Both the position numbers and the translations under genes were made by a program. DNA of 63,863 nt, counting the filler, from Folioceros fuciformis (Eukaryota): assembly GCA_049999805.1 (NCBI GenBank). It is 10 parts of 10 records of this genome, joined end to end, with 100 filler letters (N's around TTAATTAATTAA, not from the genome) between each part and the next. Parts side by side here need not be neighbours in the genome. Positions count along the whole stretch, not along the records: positions 49,591 to 53,065 come from JBNGIO010002108.1; positions 53,166 to 60,682 come from JBNGIO010002109.1; positions 60,783 to 62,648 come from JBNGIO010002110.1; 7 more parts are not named here. One strand, 5' to 3'. The notes under the pieces were generated by a model, which saw only the letters and a program-made list of their open reading frames with translations, searched no databases and was not told where the DNA came from. Positions 49,591 through 62,748 of the stretch are shown piece by piece; position 1 is the stretch's first letter; each line of letters opens with the position of its first letter.

Positions 49591-50550
49591 AGGCGGGAGG
49601 CCACTTCCCTGTGATCCAAAAGGCCACCCTTGGAACGACAAAGGCACCACCTAGGAAGAAAGAAAAACAATGTCCATGCTGACTCGTCCCATGGGTCCGG
49701 AGCAAGGTGCTCCAATGGGCTTGTATGCGAGACAAATATCGTCATGCAAACACCTAGGGAGACATTAAAATAGACGTGGCCCCGCAAGACGGGTCTCATT
49801 AAGGGCCAGAAGATGGGGAGCCTACGCCTGCAACCACAACCAAGATTCCTGCAAGGGAGCAAGGGGCCCACTCAGAGAAGTTGAAGGAGTAGCAACAATG
49901 GAAGAAGCACCCCTGACCTGTAGCTCCCAAAGGGTCCAATCAAAGTCCTTGTGTGCTTTAACCAAGTGACACCTGACCCCCATCACCCCTTTGAACAAAT
50001 TATTGCATATGAGACATGGGGTATCCTTAGTTGGTGTGGAAGAATGAGGTGCCATAAGTGAACAAAATAGAATATCGTAGAGAGACCAACAGTAAACACC
50101 CTACCAGCTCCAACCTGCCTGCATAATTCCGGCTTCCAGCCCCAAATACCAAAACGTAGGAATACGATGGAACCAAACCTCTCCGAAAATCTCTAGGCCA
50201 ATTAGAAATTTTGAATCCCAGAAGAAATCATAACACAAAGAAAAGAACAACAAGGACGAAAGATCCACAAAACCCAACTCCACCCAGACCGGAGGGTTGC
50301 AAACTGGAGTGCAACAAACCCCCAGGGTCTGCCAAACCTTGCCTCGCTGACAAGCCCAAACTGGCCCCACAAGGAGCCTAGCCCCAAAGAGGGCCACCGG
50401 GCGCCCACAAACCACAGGGGTCTGCAGGGCCTTACAACACCCGCCCCTACGGCCATAGGCCTCTATGGCCGCGGGCTCCTACAACCCCGCCATAACTTGT
50501 TCCCGCTCCTCGCCGTAACCTGCTCCCGCTCCTCTCCCTATTCTTCCTGA
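49591..50550 (-). mobile_element. 5' end of a non-LTR retrotransposon with N-terminal C2H2 finger (CRE/R2-like), disrupted; truncated by the gap
   Basis: ATG at 50055; CLICNNLFKGVMGVRCHLVKAH (C-x2-C-x12-H-x4-H); downstream AWTLFFFLPRWCL..SKGG resembles the pre-RT motif of CRE-like elements; GC-rich leader. No RT is visible. Confidence 0.5.
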
Positions 50551-50632
50551 ATAGACCCTTTGTGTTGCCAACGCAAGTAAAACCTGCTACACTTGGGTTT
50601 GGAATTACTTCTCAACTCATTAATGAGCTAAG

Positions 50633-50968
50633 AGACCCTATGATTACATCATGCAAACTCCATGAGCTGGGTCAGCAAAGAACGTTTGCCATCAAGAAGA
50701 TGATTGATGCCAAGGCATCAGAAGTTTAGAGTGGTGCCAATGAGCCATCCAAGTTCAGTCTTGGAGAATGGTTTAGACCCTATGATCACATCATGCAACT
50801 CCATGACCTGGGTCAGCTAAGAATGTTTGCCGTCAGGAAGATGACTGATGCCAAGGCATCAGGAGTTTACCGTGGTACCAAGGAGCCATCCAAGTTCACC
50901 CTTGGAGATTCGGTTATAGTTTAGTGTGGTGCCAAGAAGCCATCCAAGTTCAACCCTGGAGATTAGGT
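50633..50968. repeat. Tandem repeat, ~142-bp unit x2 plus a partial third copy
   Basis: AGACCCTATGAT at 50633 and 50775. GCCATCCAAGTTCA...TGGAGA occurs three times. Confidence 0.8.
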
Positions 50969-51747
50969 TCTCAAGCTCAACATGTGAAGATACCTTAAGT
51001 GTGAGCTGTCATGACTTAGAAAGTCTGTTAGAGTTTTGCATCTGTGAGAACTTTCTGTGCAGGTCGCAAATGCAAGAGCTTGGGACAAATACGCTGGCAT
51101 AAAGGATAAATCCCTTACATTTTGACTACAGAGATAGTTGGCAGGCAAAAGTTTTCGCGAAGGAACGATTGAAGAGTAGGGTTTTTGATGAATAACTTTG
51201 CAAACAGTTGATAACGGTTTAGCAATGACCATTCAGGTGGTTAGTAACGGTATGTTGTAGGCATATAGGGACGAAGAAAGAACGATCGAACATTCTTTTG
51301 ATAGTTCGCTTAGAATGCTTGATGAGCGGTGGCGCACTGAGTGTTTTTCAATATGTGATAGAACTAAGAAGCTTGTAGCGAACTGAACAATTGAATCAAA
51401 GGTTCAGTGTTGTCAATCAGCGTTTGTACACATTAGTGAACAGGAAAGCGTTGCAATGGCATAGCACAGAGCATCATCAAATCGATATCTTAAAACGTGT
51501 TACTATGAAAGGAATATGTTTGAACATGGATCAAAAGATGGCCTTGTTGAAGTTTGAGGTGCTTTAGAAAAGTTTGGGAGTCTGACTTCGAAGAGGGTTT
51601 GGAGATCAAGAAGACCATAGAAATTCAGATGAGAGCCAGTGAGGCGGAATTTCGAAAAAGTTAGTAGGGAACAAAAGTGGCTAAGGTCACAACGTAGGAG
51701 TGAGCTATGGGCGGCGTTTTTTTTAAAGGATCGCTACAGAAGCTACA

Positions 51748-53065
51748 TGGTGAAGGAGGAGAGGAGGAGGCAAGGAGGAGAAGAGAAAGAGAGGTCACAC
51801 TCTCACAATGAGTCTCAATATGCAAGGGACCTCAAGGGGGTATTTATACCCTCTAGAAGAGCTCCCTAGGAAGCTTCACAGGAAGCGCATAGGAAGCTGC
51901 GCAAGAAGCTTCCTACAGATTAGCTTAAGCTAATCTAAAATAATGATACTTAACTAGACACTAATCTAGACTAAACACATTAGTCTAAGCACATAGGGCT
52001 TTATTAACCCTATAACCTCCCACTTAAAGGCCAATTTACCTTCATAGGAGAATGGTCTACCTCATACCCATAAGTGTCTGAGCTTGTGTGAATTGCTCTG
52101 AAGTGAGCCCCTTGGTAAGAATATCTGCACGGTTCTGACTATTGTGAACTTTGACAAGCTGTACCCTCTTGTCTTCCAACACCTCTCGAGTGAAGTGATA
52201 CTTCACTTCCACATGTTTGGTCTTCATATGAAACACTGGATTCTTCGCCAACTAGATAACACTCTAGCTATCACAATGTAACACTGGCAGCTCAACCTTG
52301 ATCCCCAAATCTCCCACTAAACGAGCAAGCCACATGGCTTCCTTGCACGCCTCAGTTGCTAAAACATACTCGCCCTCCGTGGTAGATAGCGTTATGCACG
52401 ATTGCAAACGAGATCGCCATGAGACTGACCCTCTAGTGCACATGAAGACATATCCTGATGTGGACCTCCTTTTGTCCATATCCTCTGCATAATCAGCATC
52501 CGTATATCCCACGACAGATGCATCTTCACTACCAAAACATAAGCACAAAGCTTTCGTACCATTCAAGTACCTCATAACTCCTTTCATTGCCTCCCAATGC
52601 TTCCTGCCAGGGTTTGACATAAACCTGCTAACCACTCCCACTACAAAAGCAATGTCAGGACGTGTAGCAATCATTGCATACATCAAACTCCCTACAGCTG
52701 ATGAGTATGGAACCTTCTCCATTTCAGGTTTGTCCTCCGTAGAGCTTGGGCAATCCTTGCTTGAAAGTTTCACATATGGAGGGAACGAAGTACTCAATAC
52801 CTTCCCCTTCTCCATATTGAAACGATGAAGCACCTTGTTAATGTATTCAGTCTGAGACAAGTAAAGCAAACGCTTCTAGCTGTCTCAATGAATACGCATG
52901 CCAAGAATATGGCTTGCCTCTCCCAAGTCTATCATGTCAAAGCGAGCATTCAACTTTGACTTCAACGCTGAAATCTCATCACTGTTAGTCCCAGCAATTA
53001 GCATATCATCCACATAGAGGACCAGAATGAGCAAGCTTCCATCCTTAGCTTGCTTCGTATAGAGG
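51748..53065 (-). mobile_element. Copia RT C-terminus, RNase H, PPT and probable 3' LTR
   Basis: LVLYVDDMLI, LSQTEYINKVL, PYSSAVGSLMYAM..TRPDI, GYTDADYA..RRSTSGY, LSTTEGEY, CDS..AKNPVFH..TKHVEVKYHF, ADILTK. PPT AAGTGGGAGG at ~52025-52016. LTR boundaries approximate. Confidence 0.9.
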
Positions 53066-53973
53066 NNNNNNNNNNNNNNNNNNNNNNNNNNNNNNNNNNN
53101 NNNNNNNNNTTAATTAATTAANNNNNNNNNNNNNNNNNNNNNNNNNNNNNNNNNNNNNNNNNNNNTGCTCACCCACAAGGCCTAGCTAGCTTCCCAGCTA
53201 GTTGTGTATCGCCTTTCCTCCCGCCTCATCCCTCTTCTCGGATTTCTTTCTGCATTCTTTTTTTCTTTTTTGGGTTTTTTCCCCTCCTCGTTGCCCTTCT
53301 TTCGGCGACGACGCGCTGGCCAAACCAGACCTCCTTCAGGCGCGGCAAGGGTTTCAATGCGTGCAAGAGGCGACGACGTGAGAACCATGAGACGTTTCCC
53401 GCACCGGTTTGGTTTCCTTTCACGCTCACGAAACCAGCCGTCTGGACGGACCTAATCCTCTTTCAATTCCTCTCCAATAAATGATGTACACTTGAGACTC
53501 GAGAGGGTTGTAGGGGGTTGAAGTGTGGCACGGGAGTGGTAGCGGTTCCTTGCTGTCACCGAGCGCACCAAAATGCAGAGGATTAGCCATGGCTGGATTA
53601 CTCTACGCCCAGCCCCTGTTTCCAACATTTTAGTGTGGCGTCAAGCATGCGTCCACAAGATCCATGCTCTTGGGAAGACGGAGAATGTTGAGAGGGACGA
53701 TGGAATGCACAACAAGGCAGCAATAGAGTGCATGCAGCTGGCTTAAGCCAGTTTGAAGGCTGCTACTTTCTTGCCAAGGCTCACAAGAGTGCGACCACGC
53801 TGGGACAGGGCCTTCACGTGGCAGAGCAGTGAAGTGCCACATGCTGATTTTGTGATGTAAGATGGTTGCTAGGAGGGGCAGGCTAGCTAGCTGTGGGTGC
53901 AGTGCATGCCTGAGTGGCTCACCTGATTTCCAAGGCAAGAAACCGGAACTGTGGTTTGCGTCGGGGCCTGGGG

Positions 53974-56900
53974 CTACGCAGGCGCTTGCACATTGGAACT
54001 CTTGAATGATTCCAACTGCAGCAGACGAGCCCGGATCTGGTACCACGCTCCTCGCTGCTGGTCCAGCTGTTGTTTGATCTTCTCGCACTGCTGGTCCACC
54101 TTCTGCAGCAATAAGGGCCTCTCCTGCTGTTGCGGGACCGTCGTGTCGGTTGCTTGGTTCGGATCGGCGTTCTCTGCCGAGCGGATTGGTGCGCGCTCAG
54201 CCTGGTGGTCGTTCTCCGACTCGGACCCGCGTATGCTGTGCAGGGCTCGTAATTCTTGTGCTTCCTGTTCTTTGCGGAAGAGGAGAGTCTCCAGCTCCTG
54301 CCGGTGCTGCTGCTCGGCAACTTGCCGGCTCATGAGCTTCGACAATTCTTGTTCGTTCAGCCCTAGCACTTCTTGCTGAAGCAGCCTCTCGTCTATTTCC
54401 TCCTTCAACCTGACCTGGAGATTGGAGATCCTTTGCTGTAGGTCCTGGGACTTCGGCGACTTCAGGGACGGCCTGGGGCTGTGCAGGGCCAGCCTCACCT
54501 CGTCCTCCTCCTTCTCCTTCGCCATTTCCTTCAGATTAGCGATCCATTGTTGGACATCCTCTGAGGGCGGGTCTTTCTCACCCCTTGCACCAAGAACTTC
54601 GTGCACTTTGAAGATACTTCCTCGCTCGATTGCGCCTCCACACCTGTAGATCACCTGTAGAGATCATTCGTTCAAGAGCCGGGGCCGGGGCCCTAGCCCT
54701 CTGGCGCAGCCAACAAGTGCTTGTGCAACTGCATTTGCAACTGCTAGCACTGAGGTATCTGCGAAATCGATGTACCTGTCTGATCAGTAGGTCAAGCTTG
54801 GCCTCTGCCTTCGTCCTTCGATTCTCCTCATCCTGAAGTCTTCTGAGCAGAAGATTCTCAGGGGTCTCCCCTGGCACTTGTGCGAATCCCGCACTCTCTG
54901 GTCTCTCCTCCGCATCATCCTCTACTTGCTCGCGCCAAGAGGACCACTCGTCGATTTCCCTAGCCAGCTGCTCTTCGAGCTGAGGTCGCAGGGCCTCCTC
55001 CGGACGAGGGCCGACTTGCTCAAGCTGCTTGTTACTTCCTCCCACCTGCTCCTGATCCCTTCTCGGGTCGTCCATCAGCAGCTGTTGTTCAAGAGCTTTC
55101 CGTAGTGCCTTCTGTTGCTCCAAATCCTTCTGCAGCAACTGTATTTTCTGATCCTTCTCCAAGAGCATCTTCTCACGAGCTAGGGTTTCCTGAGCCCGAT
55201 CCTCATAGTAGCCCAGATGCGCCTCCAGTGCTTTTCTCTCACCTTCGTACTGGGACACCGTAACTTTGTACTCTTCCAGCAATGACTCGTAGGCAACGAT
55301 ATCCCTTTGTTGCCTGCTTAGCCTGTCGTGCCCCTCCTCGTATGCTATCTTTTGCTCAGCTAACTTCCTTTGGTCCTCTTTGTGGTCAATCTTCAACTCT
55401 TGCAACTTGTCTAACATTTGGTCTTGGCCTTTCACCTCTTCTTCCAGCCTCCTCCGCTCTAGCTCAAGAATGTCAACTTGCTGCTCTTGCTCTTGCAATT
55501 TTTTCTTGTGGGAGTCTCGGATGCTTTGGAGCTCTAGCAATTTGACTGTATCAGCCTGACACACAACTTTTAGCTTCTCTACGCAAGTTTCTAGCTCTTT
55601 TTGTTTTGCCGCCACATTTTGCTGATCTACAGTAGAAGTTGCTAGCCGGCTCATCAACACCTGTAGCTCTTTCTGTTGCTCTTCAAGTTTTCTCTCATTG
55701 GCGTCACGGATATAACCCAGCTCTTCGAACTGCCTTGCATCTGCCGCATTCTTTTCTTTCAATACGCGGAGCTCCTCCCAAAGAGATCCCGCAACTTTCT
55801 CCTGCACTGCTAAGGAATAGCTGCTTTTCTCCTCTGCGGCTACCAAGGCAGCCGTCATTGACTCAAGTTGTTTCTCCTGCTCTCGCAGCTTCGCTTCATC
55901 TGCATCAAGCAAGGCTTTGAGGTCCTCCAGCGTCCTTTTGTCTTTCTCCTGGGCGGTCTTCAGTTCCTCGTATGCTGCTTGTTGCGTTTGAAGCCTTCTC
56001 TCGCTTGCGTCACGTTCGTTCTTCAAATCTTCCAGCTTTCTTTCGTTCTCAGCAAGTTTATGCTTCAGTTGTTCTGCGTAATTATCAGCAGCTTGTTGTT
56101 GAGCTGCAAGACTCTTCCTCACCTGTGCTTCTGCAGCAGCTAGCTTCTGGGTCAAGGAGTCCAGAACTTGTTGCTGCATCAGAATTCGCTGTTGACTCTC
56201 ATCAGCTAATGTCTTCAATTCTAACAATTTGCGACGATCTTCATCATGCAAACTAGTCAGCTGTTGATGCAGAGAAGTTTGCTCTTCCATCTTCCCTTGG
56301 TTGGCATCAAGTTCACGTCTGAACTCCTCTGTTCTCCTCTCTTCAGCTTCACGTGCCCTCCGCAGCTCATTCTGGTACGCAGAAATAGCCTTCTGCTCCT
56401 CGTCAAGCCTCCTGGCACAATCCTCCTCAGCAATTTGTATTTTCTTTTTGAACAAGTCAATCTCGCTCTCTTGAGTTCTCATCTTCCTCTCGTAAGTCTC
56501 ACACAACACCCTGTGCTCTTCTACTCTTCGTTCGCACGCAACTTGCGAGCTTTTTAAAGTTTTGATCTCTGCTGCTTGCTCCTGCAGCGTTTTTTCATGT
56601 TCATCCCGTTCATCCCTGAGCTGGTTTAACAGCCCAACATCCACATCACGCTTGCTCGTCAGTTCCCACTCATAGGCCCTCACCACGTCGAGATGTGCTT
56701 GGCGGGTCAGCAAAGCTTCTTCCTCGGCTGTTGATAGCTTATGTTTCAATATATCCAGTTCTCCCAAGAGTTCATCAATTTTGGCTTCGCTTGCATCTCG
56801 ATTCCTCTTCAAGGCATCGCACTCTCCCAGGCTTTTGTCCCTCAAGTCCGTCAAGTCCTGGACTTTCTGCTGCAACTCTTGCGCTTTCCGTTCACTGGAA

Positions 56901-57703
56901 AGATTGGAAAGTTCTTCACACAACTTATCCTCCAACCTTTTTGCATTTTCTTCTCTGATAATCCCCTGCTGTTCCTTGTACGCGTCAAGCAGCTGTTCTT
57001 GAGCCTCCAGACTCGTCGCGACCTTCTTTTCAGCCGCTTTTAGCTTGTTGGATGTAGACTCGAGCTCTGCTTCCTTTGCAGCGAGATCTTTGCAGAGGCA
57101 CTGAAATGCTCTCTTCAGGTTCTCGAGGAGCTCTTTGCTCGACGCATACACTACTTTTATTTCGGCAACCGTCTGTTCGTTCTCTACCAACTTCTTTTCA
57201 TGGAGATCGTGCTCTCTCTTCGCCTCTTCCAGGTTTCTCTCGTCTTGCTCTCGCACGCTTTGCAGTTCTTGTCTACAGGCTTCAAAAGCTTGGCGTTGAG
57301 CGGCCAGGTTTTTCTCGCTTTCTTGTTCCAGGGATGCTAGCTTGCGCTTGAGGGCATCAATCAACGCTTGCTGCTCTTGCAACTTCCTGTCCCTGGCATC
57401 AGGTTCTCTCAAGTTTAGGATGCCCTGAAATCCAACCTGGTCTGCTTGCGTTTCGACACTCCCGAGGTTTTGAAGGTCAGCAAGCTGGTTCTGCATCTCT
57501 CGCAACCTCTTATCCTTGGCGTCTCGTTCGGATTTCAGCTCTAATAATTCTTGAACGTTTGCATCACGCTGGATTTTCAACTCCCTGAGTTCGGTATTTT
57601 GCTGTTCTAAGATCTGATTGTGTGCTCCAAACTCGCTGTCGAGTTCCCTCCGTTTTCTCCGTGCATCGCCTGGCACTGAATCTACATCAGCTCCCGCCAT
57701 CAT
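53974..57703 (-). CDS. Large coiled-coil protein of unknown function (~1200 aa), 2 exons: 57703-54776, 54654-53974
   Basis: 2.9-kb uninterrupted E/K/Q/R/L-rich exon with heptad character. GT donor after LLIRQ and a CAG acceptor in phase with the 226-aa ORF. Confidence 0.8.
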
Positions 57704-59449
57704 TCTTAGTCACTGATTTTGCATCCTTCCTTCTTGCATGAATTTGCGTCCTTCGCCAAGCGGGCTAAGCGCTTTCAACTGCGCAGTTCGTCGCACCAAC
57801 CACTCATCGGCTCTCTTTCACCCGTCCTTTTGACATTACCTAGCTGCTGTGCTACATGCACTAGCACCGAGAGAAGTCCACACACTCCACGAACTGAGAG
57901 CTCTTCCCGAAGGCTGACAGCGAACAATTGCTCCCAACTGAATTGGCGAAGAGCTCCTATGTTCCCTTCCACTCCAGCATTGGGAATCTGCAATCGTCGG
58001 GGAATCAAGTCGATCAGGTAATTTTCCCCAAGTTCAGTGATGAGGCTCGTTTTTCCGACCCAGTCACAAAAATAGTTGAGAGCCCCGTGCAGGGCCGCTT
58101 GTCTGCAGCGCGGCCTGATTTGGATTGCTCATAATCCAGAGGCCGATAAACCTTCACGCACTCCAGTCGTCAGTCTTGTCTCATCGTCACGACTCTTGGG
58201 ACGGCAGGACTAATTTGCGGGCAGATGTCACTGCCGTTCCTGTTCAGATGGCATTCTTGACGTCAGTTATTACACTCCTCCACAGCATTTTGGCGGCCAC
58301 CACAGAGGAGCCCTGCATCCACGCTGCTCATCCGGCGACATGGAAGAGGCAAGGTAACCTCAACGGTTGCGCCTCTGGTTGGCGCTGTTGCGTCTTCTCT
58401 TTCTTTTTGCTGATTTGCTGGTTTGGCCAACAAATTCCACAGAAGAAACTATGCAGATTCTCCGGCCCAAGTGGATTTTGCTTCCTCGCGTGCCGGGCTA
58501 TGCAAGTCCACTCCAGATCACGCATCGTTCTGCAGGAGGCAAGGCTTCAAATCTAATGCTGGACAGCTGACATTTCCTGCGTAGGAAACAGATTTTTATG
58601 TCCCGTCTCTGTGGATTCGAAAGGCTATGTTTTCCCTCTGCACGGTTTCCTAGGAAGTATGACTTCAGGCGAAAGGGCACAGGATGGAAGAACACACAAA
58701 GTTGAGCATCATAACGCCCGTTGGGCTGCGTTCTTAGTTTCTCTGACTTGTAGACATTTCTCTTGTCAGCTAAGCTTTTACTGCTTGCTCTTGGGGTCTT
58801 AGGGTGATTAGCTTCTTGATGCTGATTACCCAGTTGATTAGTGACGGAGTATTCAAAGCTAGCAACGACAAACTGCGTGTTGCGTCATGCTGACAGTCGT
58901 TCCTCGGCAGTTGAAACTGATGCAGATGCCAAAGCTTTTAGATATTCAGTACCAGGGGTCTTGAAAGATTCAAAGTCTTATGTCAATCTAATGGGATTGG
59001 GCAATTGTGGATTATCATATGCCGTGGCGCCTGTTGGTGCTCAGAGTAGCGGTATGCTTCCGTTCATCTTCAACTCCCACTTGTGCTCCTGCTGCATGTC
59101 ATGCACTTAAATGTTGGACAAACGGTAGTCTCAAATGACGCTGTGTGAAGCCTTAGGGGAGAGAACTCATCATATGTTCACCATGATTTTAACGGAAAAA
59201 TAGATCAGGGTCAAGGACGGTCAGTGTGTGTATGCTGCAATTCCTAACAAACGCAAAGTAGACAACTGGGCACCTGGTGGCGTTCTAGTTCTTGCCCTTA
59301 TGGAACTCGTGGCCCCCATATTGCAGGAATCAAACAACTTTAGGTGTGTGGGTAGCAATATCCGCAGGCATTGAACCTTTTATCCCCGTTTATGAATTTT
59401 GAAGGCACCGATACGATGTAAGTGGGGCAATGTTCATTGATGAAAATTT

Positions 59450-60682
59450 TGTTAGAGATTCAATTATCTACTACTTACTCTAGTATATTAGGATATTACA
59501 CCCTCGAGTCTAGGGCTTACCTTCTCGATAGTTGCCCGGCCTAAAGGCTATATATGTAGCACACTGTACACCATATTGCCTTGTACGGTTGAGTCCATCT
59601 AACCCAGTGGTGCTATTGCGTGTGTCACCCATCACCCATAGCCTCTGCTTGTGTCTACTAACTGTGTTGATCCTATGCGTTGCCCAGGCAATGTTATGTC
59701 TGAGTTGTTTCTTTCATGGTATCAGAGCAAGAACACTAATCGGGAGACTTGATAAGAGAGGACGGAGTTGTGATGGTGATGGGCTTAGTAACCACCGCGG
59801 CCTTGAGGACGCAGGTGTTTGATGGAACGGAGTTCCATGTATGGAAAAGAGACCTCAAGGGTACAGCTCTCCTATATACAAATCGCTCTACGGCAGTCTA
59901 GTTGAAGGTCGGAGAACCAAACAAGGGCACGAAGTACATTTGGAATCTTCTCGACAAGAAATATGGCCAGAAGGGAGTAAGTGAAGTATTTCACTTATTT
60001 TGTCGTGTGACAACATTGAAGTATTCAGACGGAGACGATTTGCGAAAGCACATCAACACCTTTCACGAACTGTTTACAGTGCTAGCATTAGCTAACGAGC
60101 GCTTTGCTATCCAAGAGGACATACAGAAGATGTTTCTATACCGTTCTATGCCCGAAGCTTGGTCAGGATTCATAGATTTCCTAATAGCCCAAGACTCTCT
60201 CGCATGGGAGGTCACCTCTAAGATGTTGGCGAACGAGACTCGCCAATCGGACGCAATGGCGGGATCTTCAACTGGTCCGGAGCATGCGATGTTCACCAAG
60301 GGGAAGGGGCGGAACAACCGGAACAAGGATAAGCAGGGGGAGTCCTTGCAGGGATAAAAGGACAAGAGAATAGTGAAGAGGGGACAGTGCTGGAAATGCG
60401 TCAAGTATGGTCATTATGAGAAGGATTGCAAGGATCAAAAGACCGCACATCTCACGGAGGATGAGAGTAAAGGTGAGGCTGCAGAGGCAACGTTCGCAGA
60501 AGAAGTATCGCACGCGTGCTACAGTACACAAGCAAAACGATACCTGACGATAGATTCTGCATGTACATCCTTTATGGTAAAGGATAAGGAGCTCCTTCAA
60601 GACTACAGGAGGGAGAAGACAGTGGTGCGCTTAGGGAACGATAGCGCGATAGGCGTCGAGGGTGTGGGGGATAGGCGTCGAG
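59450..60682 (+). mobile_element. Copia element (family C), 5' LTR 59450-59716, PBS 59717-59728, disrupted gag, start of protease
   Basis: TGTTAGAG...TTTCA|TGGTATCAGAGC; FDGTEFHVWK, IWNLLDKKY, LYRSMPEAWSGF, knuckle CWKCVKYGHYEKDC, IDSACTSFM, VRLGND. Confidence 0.88.
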
Positions 60683-60782
60683 NNNNNNNNNNNNNNNNNN
60701 NNNNNNNNNNNNNNNNNNNNNNNNNNTTAATTAATTAANNNNNNNNNNNNNNNNNNNNNNNNNNNNNNNNNNNNNNNNNNNN

Positions 60783-61999
60783 CAAATGCACTGTGCACAC
60801 CTTCAAGAACTACACGAAGCTTGAGAGTGTTGGCACTGATGATTACTTTAGCCGCTTTGACTACAAGGCATCGACAGGAGAGTTCAACCCGGATAGGGTT
60901 GCTGTGTATGTCTCTTCTCAATCGGCCATGTTTGCCTGAAGTCATATTTTTGAGCTTGATTATGCCTCGGTTCGTCGTGCTTCTGTTTGGCAGACCTGCG
61001 TGCTTGGGCGTGACGTGACCCCGCTCTGTCTGTGCAACTGATAATGTGGTTCGACCTTGCGAGACGCAGATATTGTAAATGCGAAATGCCCTACAATCCT
61101 GATGATCTTATGGTGCAGTGCGAAGCGTGTAAGGACTGGTATGTACCCTTTTACATTGGTTGTGGTCGGAGTTCTATGCTTAAAAGTTCTACACTTTTGA
61201 AGAGGTGGTGGTGGACTTACTGAAATGTGTGCACTGCACTGGACGCTACGCCTCTATCCTGATACACTTGTCCTCCTCGTACGTGCAGGTTCCATCCTAC
61301 ATGCATGAAAATAACGACAGAGCAGGTGAAAAAAATGGAGCATTTCCTCTGTCCTGACTGCGAGGCGCAAGTTGCTGATAAGAAGGGTAAAACCTTAAAC
61401 AAGGCGTCACCTCCTCCTGATACCCCTAAGGTATTCTTGGTTTCTTGACTTGGGTTAGCAGTTGAATGTCTGGCAGCTGCTTGCCTATTCGTTTCACGAT
61501 GAGTGGCTGCTTGGAAGTCCAATGTATGGTTGTGGGATGGAGATTGAGTCAAGGTGGATGGAGTTTTAGCTTCTTGTCGCTGACCTCAATTAGGGCTGAC
61601 ATGTCTGTACAGACAAGCTGGGCTTGAGAAAATTTTGTCCGCATCTGTTGTTGTGTGGTGGGGAACAAAATTGTGAGGTACACTGATACTAACTTTGTTC
61701 TAAGGATTTTAGGTTCACGGCCGGCCTACTTGTGACACACTCATTTATGTAATTATACTAGACTCAGACCGTTGTGGTCTAAGCTTTTGTGTTTCCATTA
61801 AATCATACTTGAATGCATTGTTCGCAAATTGATGCTGCTTGGAGTCATATCAGGAATAGAGTTGCTGAGACAGGATGGTGATTTCCAGTGTTCATGGCTG
61901 TCTTCCTTTCCCAGTTGAAGACTACGTTGACGAGTCTTGTCCTAACCTCGTTGGTATTTCGCGTGACCGCAGTCAGAAGCCAAGCGACGTAAGAGGTGA
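60783..61999 (+). CDS. EBS: EBS/SHL-like BAH-PHD chromatin reader, 3' part (exons 60783-60905, 61070-61138, 61289-61430, 61973-61999); the 5' part lies in the gap
   Basis: [94 protein letters not shown] introns in phase. EBS versus SHL orthology is not resolved. Confidence 0.92.
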
Positions 62000-62748
62000 C
62001 CGAGAAAAGATCGGACGTGTGCCAGCATGATGATGACGGAGAAAGTGATTTATCTAGCAAGCGAAGGCTTCCCGCACGCGTTTTGTGCAACCTTATAGTT
62101 TGAGCTGTGACATGGAAAGTGTTCATGGATACAACGGCATTGATGGGCTTTGGAGCAGGGCGAGAATTTGTGAAGTGATGTTCCGACTGAGTCGGGCGCT
62201 TGATGTTTCTGGCTTCAGACCTACAGCGGGGATTTTGGGGAAGCTCCCTGGTGGTATGGGTGTGGCTCTAAGAAACGTTTTCCGAACCCGGCTCATTCTC
62301 TGTACTCTTATTATTTGTGGTAATAGGGATCGTCACTTCAAAGAAGTGGTGAATCTGTTCAGGTGCTCAAGAGTCGTCTGCTTCCGGGCTCTAGTCAGCA
62401 TTAGCGAGCGAGACAATTACGCAGATTTTCCCAACGTAGTTCCTTTTTGACACTAGCAATTTCAGTAGATGATTAGTCTATAGCTAGCTAGGCTCATGGA
62501 TGATGGGTACGTACTAAGGTGAAAGCACAGCTGGCATGGCCCCGTACAGAGCTAGGTACACAGCTTGGATAGTCAAATTGACTTGTAAAAAGTCTAAGTC
62601 CTGGGAACCTGGGAACCTCATGTTTTAGGAGTAATTATTTTCCTTTTGNNNNNNNNNNNNNNNNNNNNNNNNNNNNNNNNNNNNNNNNNNNNTTAATTAA
62701 TTAANNNNNNNNNNNNNNNNNNNNNNNNNNNNNNNNNNNNNNNNNNNN

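Noticed and set aside
59450-61999. Copia C inserted in an intron of the EBS-like gene
   Set aside because: They are separated by an artificial spacer, and no EBS 5' exons were recognisable upstream at 57.8-59.4 kb.
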